A stretch of DNA of 29,897 nt from positions 1 to 29,897 of the IMG/VR virus record IMGVR_UViG_3300032261_000055, one strand, 5' to 3'. Below are positions 8,415 through 16,837 of this stretch, one piece after another (within the stretch, counting starts at the first letter, position 1; the number at the start of each line of letters is the position of its first letter). A program made the position numbers and the translations under genes. The notes under the pieces were generated by a model. It was not told where the DNA came from and made no database searches. It saw only the letters and a list, made by a program, of their open reading frames with translations. This DNA is from a virus (Duplodnaviria > Caudoviricetes).

Positions 8415-9929
8415 TTAGAATGGCACGTCATTGTCTTCTTGCATGATCTCAGCTACCCACCTGGAGCAGGTCCATGTGGCTAGTTCTTCATGTTTTCGTA
8501 AGGCCTTTAAAATCATGCCACTTACTGTCCTTTCCCTATTCGGTCCCACGACAATATAGTCCTGGAAAAGAGCTTGGAATCTTTGTCCAGGTCGATGGAT
8601 GCGATCTTCGCTCTGGGATCGGGTGAGGTAAGAATGATCGTTGGATAGATAGTCGACGTTGGAGCACTTAGTGAAATTATGACCAAACCGTCCTGCTTGG
8701 GGTTGACCAATAAGGAGAGCCGGTCCTGCTGGATCTGGAGCATTTGGTTGAAAGAGAGATACAGCTTCATCCCTATCAGCTTTCGACTGTCCTCCCTGGA
8801 GCACACGAACCATGAGGTTTGGGAAACGGCGCTTCGCCATAAGCTCAAGGCGAGCAATTTCTGGCCTAAATCTACACCATACGATGAGTTTGAAACCTGA
8901 CTCTTGTGAAATTCTGAACTCCAAATAATCCAAGAACGCACTTGTGAGTTCAGTTCCGATTTCGACAGTCCTTTTCTTGCTAACATCGTCATCGTCGTCA
9001 ATTCCTCCTAGAAAACCTGAGCAAATTTGTGCTAATCGTAAAGCCTTTACCGGTGCGGTACCTACTACTGATACATCATCAGTATTTTTGAGATAAGCTA
9101 TAAGCTCTTCTCTCATAGACACGTAGATTTCCCAAGTCTTAGAAAGAAGCTTAACTTCTCTTAAAGGAGCTCTGATCTTGGCAGGAATGTCGAGACACTG
9201 ATCCTTGAGTCTGCGTAGAACAAAAGGCTTAATCTTATCTTGAAGTTCCTCAAGATGATAGTAACCAACTACTTGCTTATTCATGTAGCCGCCCATCTTA
9301 CAATGGTGGTTACGGAAAGCATAATAGTTTTTGAAGCCAAGTATCACTGGGTCAAGAAAATAGAATTGAGTATAAAGATTAAGAATAGATTGTCCAATAG
9401 GTGTACCATTAAGTATAGTGCGGCGGTGAGCTCGGGTTCTAAATGCTAACACACCCTTAGTTTGAGCAGCTTTGTGATTAGATATAGTAGAAGATTCATC
9501 ATCTACTATCCATATTTTACGGTGCTGTAAGAAATTAAGTAACTGTTGCACATGCTTAGGGTTCCTCATCAATTCAACCGAAGCTACTACCCAAAGTAAG
9601 CCTCTTGACTTATCTGGTAACTTATTTGAGTAACTCGTAAACTCATGAATGATACCTTTAACCCATGAATGTTCAATGATCTGTGAGAATTGAGGATGTA
9701 TCCAAACATCCTTAACTTGAGCTGGACAGAACACTAGAATAGTATCTATATCTCCAGCTTCATACATGAAGCAGGCCGCATCTATAACTTGCTTAGTCTT
9801 TCCAGCACCTTGCTCGTCTAGTAAACCAAACGCGCGGTGCTCTAGTAAGGCGCCTGTACCCTCTATCTGATGGATAAAGGGTTTATAGCGGCACCTACTC
9901 CAATCGAGTTTAGACACATCCCAAGCCAC
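8415..9929 (-). CDS. SNF2-family (SF2) helicase
   Basis: DEQGAGKT, VDDES, ILNGTP, GQPQAGRFGHN and QSEDRIHRPGQ motifs. Confidence 0.92.
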   Translation of the reverse strand: MAWDVSKLDWSRCRYKPFIHQIEGTGALLEHRAFGLLDEQGAGKTKQVIDAACFMYEAGDIDTILVFCPAQVKDVWIHPQFSQIIEHSWVKGIIHEFTSYSNKLPDKSRGLLWVVASVELMRNPKHVQQLLNFLQHRKIWIVDDESSTISNHKAAQTKGVLAFRTRAHRRTILNGTPIGQSILNLYTQFYFLDPVILGFKNYYAFRNHHCKMGGYMNKQVVGYYHLEELQDKIKPFVLRRLKDQCLDIPAKIRAPLREVKLLSKTWEIYVSMREELIAYLKNTDDVSVVGTAPVKALRLAQICSGFLGGIDDDDDVSKKRTVEIGTELTSAFLDYLEFRISQESGFKLIVWCRFRPEIARLELMAKRRFPNLMVRVLQGGQSKADRDEAVSLFQPNAPDPAGPALLIGQPQAGRFGHNFTKCSNVDYLSNDHSYLTRSQSEDRIHRPGQRFQALFQDYIVVGPNRERTVSGMILKALRKHEELATWTCSRWVAEIMQEDNDVPF

Positions 9930-10032
9930 AGGATAGCTCCTTTATTTTGAGGTGGCTCCAGTCAGAGGACGTTTTGACCGCCGCACCACCTCTTAATTGC
10001 GGTACCCGGACACTCCCCCAGCGCCGGGATCT

Positions 10033-10305
10033 TTAAACTTGTTCAGGAAACTGTGACCTCAAAATTTGATTACATCGTTGCTCATCATACTTGAAAAGAT
10101 TGGTATCCACTTGGCCGATAAGTTCAGATTCTCCATCAAAGGAAAGTCTGAAAGAAATGAATTCGAAATTTTTGGTTGGGACCACTACTAATTTGTCAGA
10201 GAATCCTTGAGCTACTGTATAGCCAGGAATCAGTCCTTCAGGTAGCCCTGAGACAACTTGCTCAGGAGTTACATCAAGTATTACCAGGATTCCTTCCTTA
10301 GTCAC
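10033..10305 (-). CDS. hypothetical protein
   Basis: 90-aa ORF with GTGA overlap and SD AGGAGG. Confidence 0.6.
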   Translation of the reverse strand: MTKEGILVILDVTPEQVVSGLPEGLIPGYTVAQGFSDKLVVVPTKNFEFISFRLSFDGESELIGQVDTNLFKYDEQRCNQILRSQFPEQV

Positions 10306-10811
10306 ACTACAACCTCCTTTACTGTATTCTCGGGGTTCTTAACATCGAATCCTTCCAGTGTTGGCCAGAAATAAGGCATATTGAGATCTATGTCCTCTTT
10401 AGGGAACAATGGAAGATAGTGGGCGGGGAACTTTCGAATCAGATTAGCTCGATGAGATAAGTGAAACGGAGGGTAACCTAACCAGGCTGGTGCCTCTTGT
10501 ATCTTCGTATCGTACCTAGGCACTGTGATATTGTTAGCGTAACCTCGAGATGTCCACTCTCCTACTGCAAAGTCAAGATACTTCTTGAGCCATTCCTCAT
10601 GACCAGACCACATTTGCACGACAGGGTGCCTATCCCAACCATGAAACGTTCGATCAAATGGGACCACGGTTTGTAAGTTACTTGGTAAAATGGCTCGATG
10701 GAGAAGAATCTCTAGGATCTGGCAAGCTTCAACTCTTTGTTTACCGAGTCTCTTGTTATCTAGAACTTCAAGAGACTTTAGAAACGACGGAAATGGTAAG
10801 AACGTTTGCAT
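10302..10811 (-). CDS. pyrimidine-dimer DNA glycosylase / endonuclease V-like protein (MSMEG_6728 family)
   Basis: MQTFLP...LDNKRLGKQRVEA.QIL...HPVVQMW.G...SHRANL.RK.P.HY...YFWP; TAATG overlap with the upstream stop. Confidence 0.88.
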   Translation of the reverse strand: MQTFLPFPSFLKSLEVLDNKRLGKQRVEACQILEILLHRAILPSNLQTVVPFDRTFHGWDRHPVVQMWSGHEEWLKKYLDFAVGEWTSRGYANNITVPRYDTKIQEAPAWLGYPPFHLSHRANLIRKFPAHYLPLFPKEDIDLNMPYFWPTLEGFDVKNPENTVKEVVV

Positions 10812-11296
10812 TAGGCAGCTTCCTCCATCCAGATGAACCACATGTCCTCATCCAAAGCTTTAGCAATCTTTTTCATCGTCTCCAGGGTGACATTCTTTCC
10901 TTGCTTAGCGTGCCACAGAGTCATCTGAGTGATGCCAGCCAGTCTACACACCTCCTCATTGCTAAGGTCTTTCAACTTCATCAACTCATCGATTCTATTC
11001 GAGTGCATCTCTTTCTCCTTTGTCGTGTTTATACTTTCCTTTGGAAGCCGTCTATACCATTTACATGATTCCCAACCTGCTCTTCCTTTTCTTTCCATGT
11101 CTTCTAAATTCTCAGCTTGAGTAGCTAAGAAACAATGATTAAGATTTCTACATCTTTTATTATCACAAAAGTGACAAACATTTAAGTCACTTGGAATGGG
11201 ACCTCTATCCTTGATCCAATGATAGCGAGCACTGCCACCTATAATACAAGGTGTCTGTCGCCATTCCGTATTTGTTCTCCAATCTTCCATTTTCAT
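10811..11296 (-). CDS. HNH endonuclease fused in frame to a Cro/C1-type HTH regulator; the HTH has its own start at 11008
   Basis: VCHFCDNKRCRNLNHCFLATQAEN (HNH); LSNEEVCRLAGITQMTLWHAKQGKNVTLETMKKIAKAL (HTH); internal SD AAGGAG before ATG 11008. Confidence 0.85.
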   Translation of the reverse strand: MKMEDWRTNTEWRQTPCIIGGSARYHWIKDRGPIPSDLNVCHFCDNKRCRNLNHCFLATQAENLEDMERKGRAGWESCKWYRRLPKESINTTKEKEMHSNRIDELMKLKDLSNEEVCRLAGITQMTLWHAKQGKNVTLETMKKIAKALDEDMWFIWMEEAA

Positions 11297-11332
11297 TCTT
11301 TCGTGTTTTATCGGTTAAATCTCTTATAATTT

Positions 11333-11362
11333 ATTTTATAATAAACCGATATCGGTTGTAAA
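11333..11362 (-). promoter_or_regulatory. promoter TTTACA-N18-TAAAAT with operator palindrome AACCGATATCGGTT (11344-11357)
   Basis: Near-identical to 822-851. Confidence 0.75.
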
Positions 11363-11410
11363 TCACTTTTTTTTAACACTCCTTTGCTTAAGTTATTGAA
11401 AAGAAAGCAC

Positions 11411-11716
11411 TTAGAACTCACTGTCTTCAAATTGATCAACCTCCACAGGTATCACAACCGTTTTAGGTGCCTCAAGGGATTCTAGGAACCTCAAAATCTG
11501 GTGGAGACTACACTCAGGTTCGTCATAAACGCCTAACCATTTTGATTTGATGGTAAACTTGCACCCACTCAGATGCTCCCAAATCTTCTTCCAGCCCTTG
11601 GCGTGCATTTCCGAGTCCCAAGGCTCAGTGTTAGGGGACGCACCATACTCATCCACGAGCCAATAGACCCGCTTTTCGTTGAGTATGTTCACGTTAAGTT
11701 CCGCTTGACTGGTCAC
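11411..11716 (-). CDS. hypothetical protein
   Basis: ORF in the tightly packed early operon. Confidence 0.6.
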   Translation of the reverse strand: MTSQAELNVNILNEKRVYWLVDEYGASPNTEPWDSEMHAKGWKKIWEHLSGCKFTIKSKWLGVYDEPECSLHQILRFLESLEAPKTVVIPVEVDQFEDSEF

Positions 11717-11928
11717 TTTTCCTCACTTTTCGTATACTCAAACAGCATCTGACGGACTTTCTTCAATTCAACTGGAGGCAATTGATGGCCGTTGGCGGTG
11801 TGAATTTCAATCTTATCTGGTCGAGGCAAAATGACAACAAAAGCTCCTGGCTCGTTCATCCGAGCTTCCAAATAGTTGATGATCTTCCAAGCGCGAGTTA
11901 AGTCAGACCCTACTGCTACTCGTTGCAT
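11713..11928 (-). CDS. hypothetical protein
   Basis: ORF in the packed operon. Confidence 0.55.
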   Translation of the reverse strand: MQRVAVGSDLTRAWKIINYLEARMNEPGAFVVILPRPDKIEIHTANGHQLPPVELKKVRQMLFEYTKSEEK

Positions 11929-12154
11929 CAGGTTCTAGTTGACCAGTTTCAATGAATGATCTGAAGAAGTCTTGCACATGCTCAAAACAAGCATCTTTGA
12001 TACTCTCTTCTTCAGTAGCTACGTCACTGAATGTTTCAAAGGTGCAAACTGAAAGTATGCCATGGTCTATCCAAATCTTAAACATTTGAATTACACCTTC
12101 ATTCTCTTGTATGCAATCATCCCAATCACATTGGGTTACTTGCTTTGTCGACAT
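11903..12154 (-). CDS. hypothetical acidic protein with Cys/His motif (CDWDDC...C..H)
   Basis: ATG 12154 after GGAGGAG. Confidence 0.6.
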   Translation of the reverse strand: MSTKQVTQCDWDDCIQENEGVIQMFKIWIDHGILSVCTFETFSDVATEEESIKDACFEHVQDFFRSFIETGQLEPDATSSSRV

Positions 12155-12635
12155 GAGGCTCCTCCAGAATCTCATCGATGTTAGTGGCTACTGTGTTCTT
12201 GATCAGTTCGATAAACTTCTGATTTCGAAGCAACAGTTCAAAGTTGTCAAAAAGAGCCTTGTGCATCAAAGCGTTGTATGCTTCAAGGTTCTTGTTCAGC
12301 ATAGCTAACTGTAAGACAGCCTCCCCAGTGAAAAGTACCTCCGCATCTTCAGGCGTAGTTTCACCTTCGAGGGTCCGGTGGATGAGTCGCTGAATCTCAG
12401 TAATGTTCAAAATGTAACCTCCTTCCTCTTCAAGATACTTACCAGCGTTGAGAATGTAGATGATGAGACTGTCTGAATCATTTGACAGTCCATAAATCTT
12501 CTGACAAATTGGACACAGCCACATCCAGTGGCCCTTAGCTCCGAACGGACCACGCCGGATCCTAGCGTCCATCAAGACCGCTAGGGATCCAGCGTTACAG
12601 ATTTCACATTTCTGTGAACCTTTAGGTCCAGTCAT
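12126..12635 (-). CDS. hypothetical protein with N-terminal Zn finger
   Basis: CEIC...DA....G.W..LCPIC...YG, similar to 14396..14608. Confidence 0.65.
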   Translation of the reverse strand: MTGPKGSQKCEICNAGSLAVLMDARIRRGPFGAKGHWMWLCPICQKIYGLSNDSDSLIIYILNAGKYLEEEGGYILNITEIQRLIHRTLEGETTPEDAEVLFTGEAVLQLAMLNKNLEAYNALMHKALFDNFELLLRNQKFIELIKNTVATNIDEILEEPHVDKASNPM

Positions 12636-12801
12636 TGTAGCTCCAGCCTGGGGTTATGGGAACAATCTCTTGCCATTCCCACTGTTTACCGTCACCATTC
12701 ATCGTGCGATTGATGAACTCCACCATCGCTTTAGTTGTAAACGTCGCCTCAATGCCAGTCTTCTTGCCATTGATCCAAAGAACGCATCTTACCTGGGTCA
12801 T
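12622..12801 (-). CDS. small hypothetical protein (59 aa, absent from the ORF track)
   Basis: Manual translation MTQVRCVLWINGKKTG...SYNDWT; ATGA overlap with the upstream gene. Confidence 0.55.
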   Translation of the reverse strand: MTQVRCVLWINGKKTGIEATFTTKAMVEFINRTMNGDGKQWEWQEIVPITPGWSYNDWT

Positions 12802-13046
12802 CTCTCCCTTAGTTCCTCAACAAGTTGCTCGATCTCCTGCTTTCTTTCAGGACTCTTGATATCATCAGCCGTGCACCACTCACCGCTTTCCCGCTTATAG
12901 ATTGCGTTCAGTGGCGCCATATCTTCCGCTGCTTGTGCTTGTTCATTTTCAATGTAGTAGTTGTAGGACCCTAGCATGCGGCCCCAGGCTCTGACATATA
13001 GGTACTCATGAGGTTGATGGTTGGGTACCTGCTCCAATGTTGGCAT
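12798..13046 (-). CDS. hypothetical protein
   Basis: SD GAGGAGG; packed operon. Confidence 0.65.
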   Translation of the reverse strand: MPTLEQVPNHQPHEYLYVRAWGRMLGSYNYYIENEQAQAAEDMAPLNAIYKRESGEWCTADDIKSPERKQEIEQLVEELRER

Positions 13047-13269
13047 CGGTAACCTCCTCAGTGGTAACCTCCTCAGTCTTGGTCAGTCTAACATGAGCAT
13101 CGTACCACTCACCGAGTGCCTTGGCTAGGTAGTCGATGAACTCATTTTCATCACCACTGATGTTACCGCTCTCAACGGTTAACTTAATAGTTTCAGAAAA
13201 TGGAAAGATCCCAACTGAAGGATCTCCAGTATCTTCTATTTCGAAAGTGTACATCTTGGGTAGAAGCAT
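13006..13269 (-). CDS. hypothetical protein
   Basis: GDPSVGI motif common in small phage proteins; SD AAGG. Confidence 0.6.
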   Translation of the reverse strand: MLLPKMYTFEIEDTGDPSVGIFPFSETIKLTVESGNISGDENEFIDYLAKALGEWYDAHVRLTKTEEVTTEEVTDANIGAGTQPSTS

Positions 13270-13457
13270 TTTGCCTTCCTTTCACGAAAAATTTTAATCC
13301 AAAGCGAGCATAGCTTACCACACTCTTCACAAAAATACCGAGCCTTGAGTCCAGTTAAATCTACTCGCACCTTCGCGTCACAACACGTTGAAACTATCCT
13401 TTCCCGCACTTCCTCTCCTCTCTTAAGTCTTTCCCTGGAATGAGCTTGCAATGTCAT
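13236..13457 (-). CDS. small Zn-ribbon protein
   Basis: STCCDA...YFCEECGKLC. Confidence 0.55.
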   Translation of the reverse strand: MTLQAHSRERLKRGEEVRERIVSTCCDAKVRVDLTGLKARYFCEECGKLCSLWIKIFRERKAKCFYPRCTLSK

Positions 13458-13617
13458 CGAGCCGGCGTTCCATCATCTCGAGCGCAAGATCGTCATCTAA
13501 CGTAAATTCACCCCACTTACTCTCTCGCAACCGATGCAACAAACTCTTGATCCAAAGTAACCGGCGTGCAATATCAGCATGAACCAAGAGGTTTCTGTCT
13601 TTCTCACTTAGAGTCAT
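13423..13617 (-). CDS. hypothetical protein
   Basis: ORF in the packed operon. Confidence 0.5.
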   Translation of the reverse strand: MTLSEKDRNLLVHADIARRLLWIKSLLHRLRESKWGEFTLDDDLALEMMERRLDDIASSFQGKT

Positions 13618-13619
13618 AC

Positions 13620-13817
13620 TTATTCAAGGTCCTCCTCCCTTTTATTCCATTGCTTGACAACGTCTTCTACTACTGATTTACCGATCAGTTGAAGTCCACA
13701 GTCACACTCAATCGTATAGAACGAGTTACCATAAGATTGGTGCTCTACCAAGACTGGTACCTCCCGGCAGAGTGGGCAACGTTCGAGTTCATGTTTTAGA
13801 AGCTTTTGAATGCTCAT
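13620..13817 (-). CDS. Lar-like (restriction alleviation) Zn-ribbon protein
   Basis: LERCPLC...Y.IEC.CG...VVKQWNKR matches the Lar pattern (CPFC...C..C...WN.R). Confidence 0.6.
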   Translation of the reverse strand: MSIQKLLKHELERCPLCREVPVLVEHQSYGNSFYTIECDCGLQLIGKSVVEDVVKQWNKREEDLE

Positions 13818-14058
13818 CCATCATCTCCTTAGTGGGATATGTGAGACCAATACCACGAATCCATTCAGCGCAGATCGAGTCACCACCATCAGTGATAATG
13901 ACTCGAACCGTCGTACCTATGCGAGCCCCGACACACGTGATATAGTGCGTGAACGCTTCAAAAGCCTCTTCAGCTGAGACTCGCCGCCGCACGTACTCGT
14001 ACTGACCGCTTGGAAAAAACTGACAAACGTTAAAGGTTTCTTGAAACTCGATCGACAT
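13789..14058 (-). CDS. hypothetical protein
   Basis: ATG 14058 after AGGAGAGG. Confidence 0.65.
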   Translation of the reverse strand: MSIEFQETFNVCQFFPSGQYEYVRRRVSAEEAFEAFTHYITCVGARIGTTVRVIITDGGDSICAEWIRGIGLTYPTKEMMDEHSKASKT

Positions 14059-14272
14059 GAACCTCTCCTTGTTTGAATTCACGGATATGGTCCAGCGCAT
14101 ACTCAAGCTGAGTGGCCCAGCCGATGAAGCCGTGCCAACAGCAGTACTTATGAAACAACTGACTCGCTGAGAGTTTCTCGAGATGCTCATCTTGAGAATC
14201 ATCCTCAGCATCTACACCTGAATGCTCCCTAATTGCTCCCTTGATCGACTTTGGAAGATCGTCGAATATCAT
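14030..14272 (-). CDS. hypothetical protein
   Basis: SD GGAGGAG. Confidence 0.6.
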   Translation of the reverse strand: MIFDDLPKSIKGAIREHSGVDAEDDSQDEHLEKLSASQLFHKYCCWHGFIGWATQLEYALDHIREFKQGEVHVDRVSRNL

Positions 14273-14387
14273 GCTTCTCCTCCTCTCTCTTTTGCCAGCG
14301 GGTATACTGAGCGGCGCGCCGCCTCCGGTTGCGGAACTTCGCGCGACCTAACCGACGACGAGCCGCCCTACTTGAGTTGATGGTCAT
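14229..14387 (-). CDS. arginine-rich small protein (52 aa, absent from the ORF track)
   Basis: MTINSSRAARRRLGRAKFRNRRRRAAQYTRWQKR...; SD AGGAGG; fills an otherwise empty gap. Confidence 0.55.
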   Translation of the reverse strand: MTINSSRAARRRLGRAKFRNRRRRAAQYTRWQKREEEKHDIRRSSKVDQGSN

Positions 14388-14395
14388 TATCCCTC

Positions 14396-14608
14396 CTAAC
14401 CAGCTGTTTTGATCCAGCGGCCACTCTTATCTTGAGTGTACTTCTGACCCCGTCCTACACCGAGACCGTTACCGTACTTCTTGTGGCAGGTCTCGCAAAC
14501 TAGCCCCCAGCGTCCACGGATAGAAGCATCGATCATGACTCCCCTAAAGGGGTCATGGCAGATCTGGCAATTATGCGGCTCAGTGCCGCTCCAGTAAACT
14601 AATCCCAT
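14396..14608 (-). CDS. small Zn-finger protein
   Basis: CQIC...DA..RG.WGLVCETC...YGNGLGVGRGQKY. Confidence 0.7.
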   Translation of the reverse strand: MGLVYWSGTEPHNCQICHDPFRGVMIDASIRGRWGLVCETCHKKYGNGLGVGRGQKYTQDKSGRWIKTAG

Positions 14609-15018
14609 TAACTTGCCTCCTTGAGCCTGGCTTTACGTTTGGCTTCACGTTTGGCCTTCGCTTTGTCTTGGCGGCGCTGCATTTCAGCGGACCGCTCCTC
14701 AGCAGTCATCGACGCCCAATAATTGTTGGAGGTTCCTTTTTTAGGTCCCTTACCTGTGGATGCCTTACCGCGTGGTGCATAGCGACGATTTTCCAACGCT
14801 TGGCCCCTTTTACCTCGCTTGGGGGCCTCCAACCGCAGACTGGGCAAGCTATTGTCGCTCGATCTGTTTTGCCGATGCGGTGAAAGTATGTTTGCCAGCC
14901 CCTCGGCAAGAAAGTCCGATGTGATATTTGGACTGCTGGCTGCGATACTTTCAATTTTGGCCGTGACATAACCACCAAGGAAGCTGATTGGGTCATATTG
15001 TTCTCCTTTTTTTCTCAT
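14608..15018 (-). CDS. basic hypothetical protein, possibly nucleic-acid binding
   Basis: K/R-rich C-terminus with YWASMTAEERSAEMQRR helix; SD GAGGGAG. Confidence 0.65.
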   Translation of the reverse strand: MRKKGEQYDPISFLGGYVTAKIESIAASSPNITSDFLAEGLANILSPHRQNRSSDNSLPSLRLEAPKRGKRGQALENRRYAPRGKASTGKGPKKGTSNNYWASMTAEERSAEMQRRQDKAKAKREAKRKARLKEAS

Positions 15019-15117
15019 CCATTCTCTCCCTCTAAAATCCCTACTTCACTATCGGCTAGGATGCTCATGATACTGAGCAACACGTTAATGATTGACTGAT
15101 CTAATTAATCAGCCTAG

Positions 15118-15222
15118 TTACTCTCTTCCATTTCTGTTCCTTTCTTTGATTGAGCTAAAGACACGAGCTACAAAGAATGTCACAACCACACTCACCACGA
15201 TGATGATACATACTGTGATCAT
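15118..15222 (-). CDS. small membrane peptide (34 aa, absent from the ORF track)
   Basis: MITVCIIIVVSVVVTFFVARVFSSIKERNRNGRE; ATGA overlap and SD GGAGG. Confidence 0.55.
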   Translation of the reverse strand: MITVCIIIVVSVVVTFFVARVFSSIKERNRNGRE

Positions 15223-15428
15223 GTTTCCTCCCTAGCTGCTTCTAACCACGGCCGGCCATCCGGCAAACTAAAGATGTACTGATCTACCAAGATGCTATCA
15301 GGTGAACGTGACTGTTTCTGGAGATCTTTTTGAGATACTTCATGGTCTCTCATCACATGCTCCTGCATGATAATGAGATTATAGCTCTCTTTCTCGCACA
15401 GTAAGCATCTCATCTTCCAGAGGCTCAT
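15219..15428 (-). CDS. C2H2-like Zn-finger protein
   Basis: CLLC-x12-H-x4-H. Confidence 0.6.
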   Translation of the reverse strand: MSLWKMRCLLCEKESYNLIIMQEHVMRDHEVSQKDLQKQSRSPDSILVDQYIFSLPDGRPWLEAAREET

Positions 15429-15784
15429 CGGTCACGCTCCAACCATTCCATTAGTTGCTCGTCCTCGTTCCAGTGCTCATACGGCCTCATCATTCGGGCA
15501 CCGAACCGGGCTAGCTCTTTCTCAATCGTCAGAAGCTGATCTTCCTCAAAGAGGCGATCCAGTCGCTTATTCTCTTCGTGGACGGCACGCTCTTCTTCAT
15601 CCTCAAAGTCTGGTCCATCATCTCCGTTCTCTTCTCGAGCTTGTCGGTCAAACCCGGCACGCTCAATACGGTCAGCAAAATTAGACCAACGAAGAGCAAT
15701 AGCATCGCATACAGCTCGTACTTTTTCGATCTCTTCATCCCCAGGCACCTTGTTTTCATTGATCCAAGTCCATCCTCTCAGCAT
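15425..15784 (-). CDS. acidic hypothetical protein
   Basis: ATG 15784 after AGGAG. Confidence 0.6.
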   Translation of the reverse strand: MLRGWTWINENKVPGDEEIEKVRAVCDAIALRWSNFADRIERAGFDRQAREENGDDGPDFEDEEERAVHEENKRLDRLFEEDQLLTIEKELARFGARMMRPYEHWNEDEQLMEWLERDR

Positions 15785-16220
15785 GGTTACTCCTTTTCTT
15801 TTGCTCCGATCCATGGGTCGTTCTGGCAATCCACTGCTCCAACCTACTCACCTGTTCGCGCAGGGAGGCGTTCTCCTGCTCACATTTACGCCATTCTTCA
15901 ATACTAACCTTGTGGTTTTCGCGCTCGACATTTAGAAATCCGTCTGCCACGTCTCGATCTTTTTCCAACTCCCGCACCCGCGCCTCGGCTTTTTGAAGAC
16001 AGTCGAGCCTGTAGCAGAAATCACAATACTTCTGGTCATTCACTTCCTGCTCCATTGATACATGATGCCCACAAGGTAACTTTGCCTCGGCTGCGGAGAG
16101 TTCCTTGATAAGTTGAACCGCTGTGGATGTAACAATTTCGTGCCCTTGCATGTCTTTGCGGGACCAAACTTCATAAGCAGTCTTCCACCGCTCTGCAATC
16201 TCAACCAACTTGTCGCTCAT
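15756..16220 (-). CDS. coiled-coil protein with Cys/His cluster
   Basis: LPCGH...YCDFC followed by a coiled coil; SD AAGGAG. Confidence 0.6.
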   Translation of the reverse strand: MSDKLVEIAERWKTAYEVWSRKDMQGHEIVTSTAVQLIKELSAAEAKLPCGHHVSMEQEVNDQKYCDFCYRLDCLQKAEARVRELEKDRDVADGFLNVERENHKVSIEEWRKCEQENASLREQVSRLEQWIARTTHGSEQKKRSNHAERMDLDQ

Positions 16221-16247
16221 TGGGGTCAGCTCCTTGTGGAAATCTTA

Positions 16248-16634
16248 TTAGTTGCTTCCTTTCCATGGTTGAGCTAGCACGATGCAGTGGTCAGTTTTGT
16301 TCATAGCTACCATCCACCCATCTTTGACACGATCCTCAATAGCCAAACTGTCACTTGATGTTGTGAATCCGAATTCTTTAGCTAGCATCACACTAGCTTC
16401 CGGACTAGGATACTTTCCCCCTGGTACTGATATGGACAGGTGGCGGTAGAGAGTATCGTTGAGGCTAGTGATCGTGAATACGCAGCGAAAGCCATCAGGT
16501 ACATTAACTACGAAGTCAGGGTCATCACCAGGTACCATGGTACTGATACCAGGCTTATACTGATTCATCATAGCGTGGCTTACTGAAGCCATGATAGCCT
16601 CTTTTTCATTCGATCCAATGATCAGTAGTCGCAT
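16248..16634 (-). CDS. hypothetical protein with HLSIS motif
   Basis: YRHLSISVPGGKYPSPE, similar to 4152..4463. Confidence 0.65.
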   Translation of the reverse strand: MRLLIIGSNEKEAIMASVSHAMMNQYKPGISTMVPGDDPDFVVNVPDGFRCVFTITSLNDTLYRHLSISVPGGKYPSPEASVMLAKEFGFTTSSDSLAIEDRVKDGWMVAMNKTDHCIVLAQPWKGSN

Positions 16635-16837
16635 TAGCTATCTCTCCTAACGATCGGTGCCCCCTCAATATGAGGAGCGCAGGGACACGTACCGTCTCTT
16701 AGTGTACAGACTCGAGTACATGAGCATTTCTTACCGTTGATCAAGCGACAGTACCCTGGCTGAGACATAAACTCGCCAGGGTAGCTTTCACTTTCAGAGA
16801 ACTCCATGATTTCACCATCAATACAAAGATACAACAT
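16634..16837 (-). CDS. Cys-rich small protein
   Basis: ATG 16837 after GAGGTG; multiple CxC motifs. Confidence 0.5.
   Translation of the reverse strand: MLYLCIDGEIMEFSESESYPGEFMSQPGYCRLINGKKCSCTRVCTLRDGTCPCAPHIEGAPIVRRDS

Noticed and set aside
9948-10029. tRNA or known self-cleaving ribozyme
   Set aside because: No T-loop or cloverleaf and no hammerhead, HDV or pistol catalytic core; retained only as an unknown structure.
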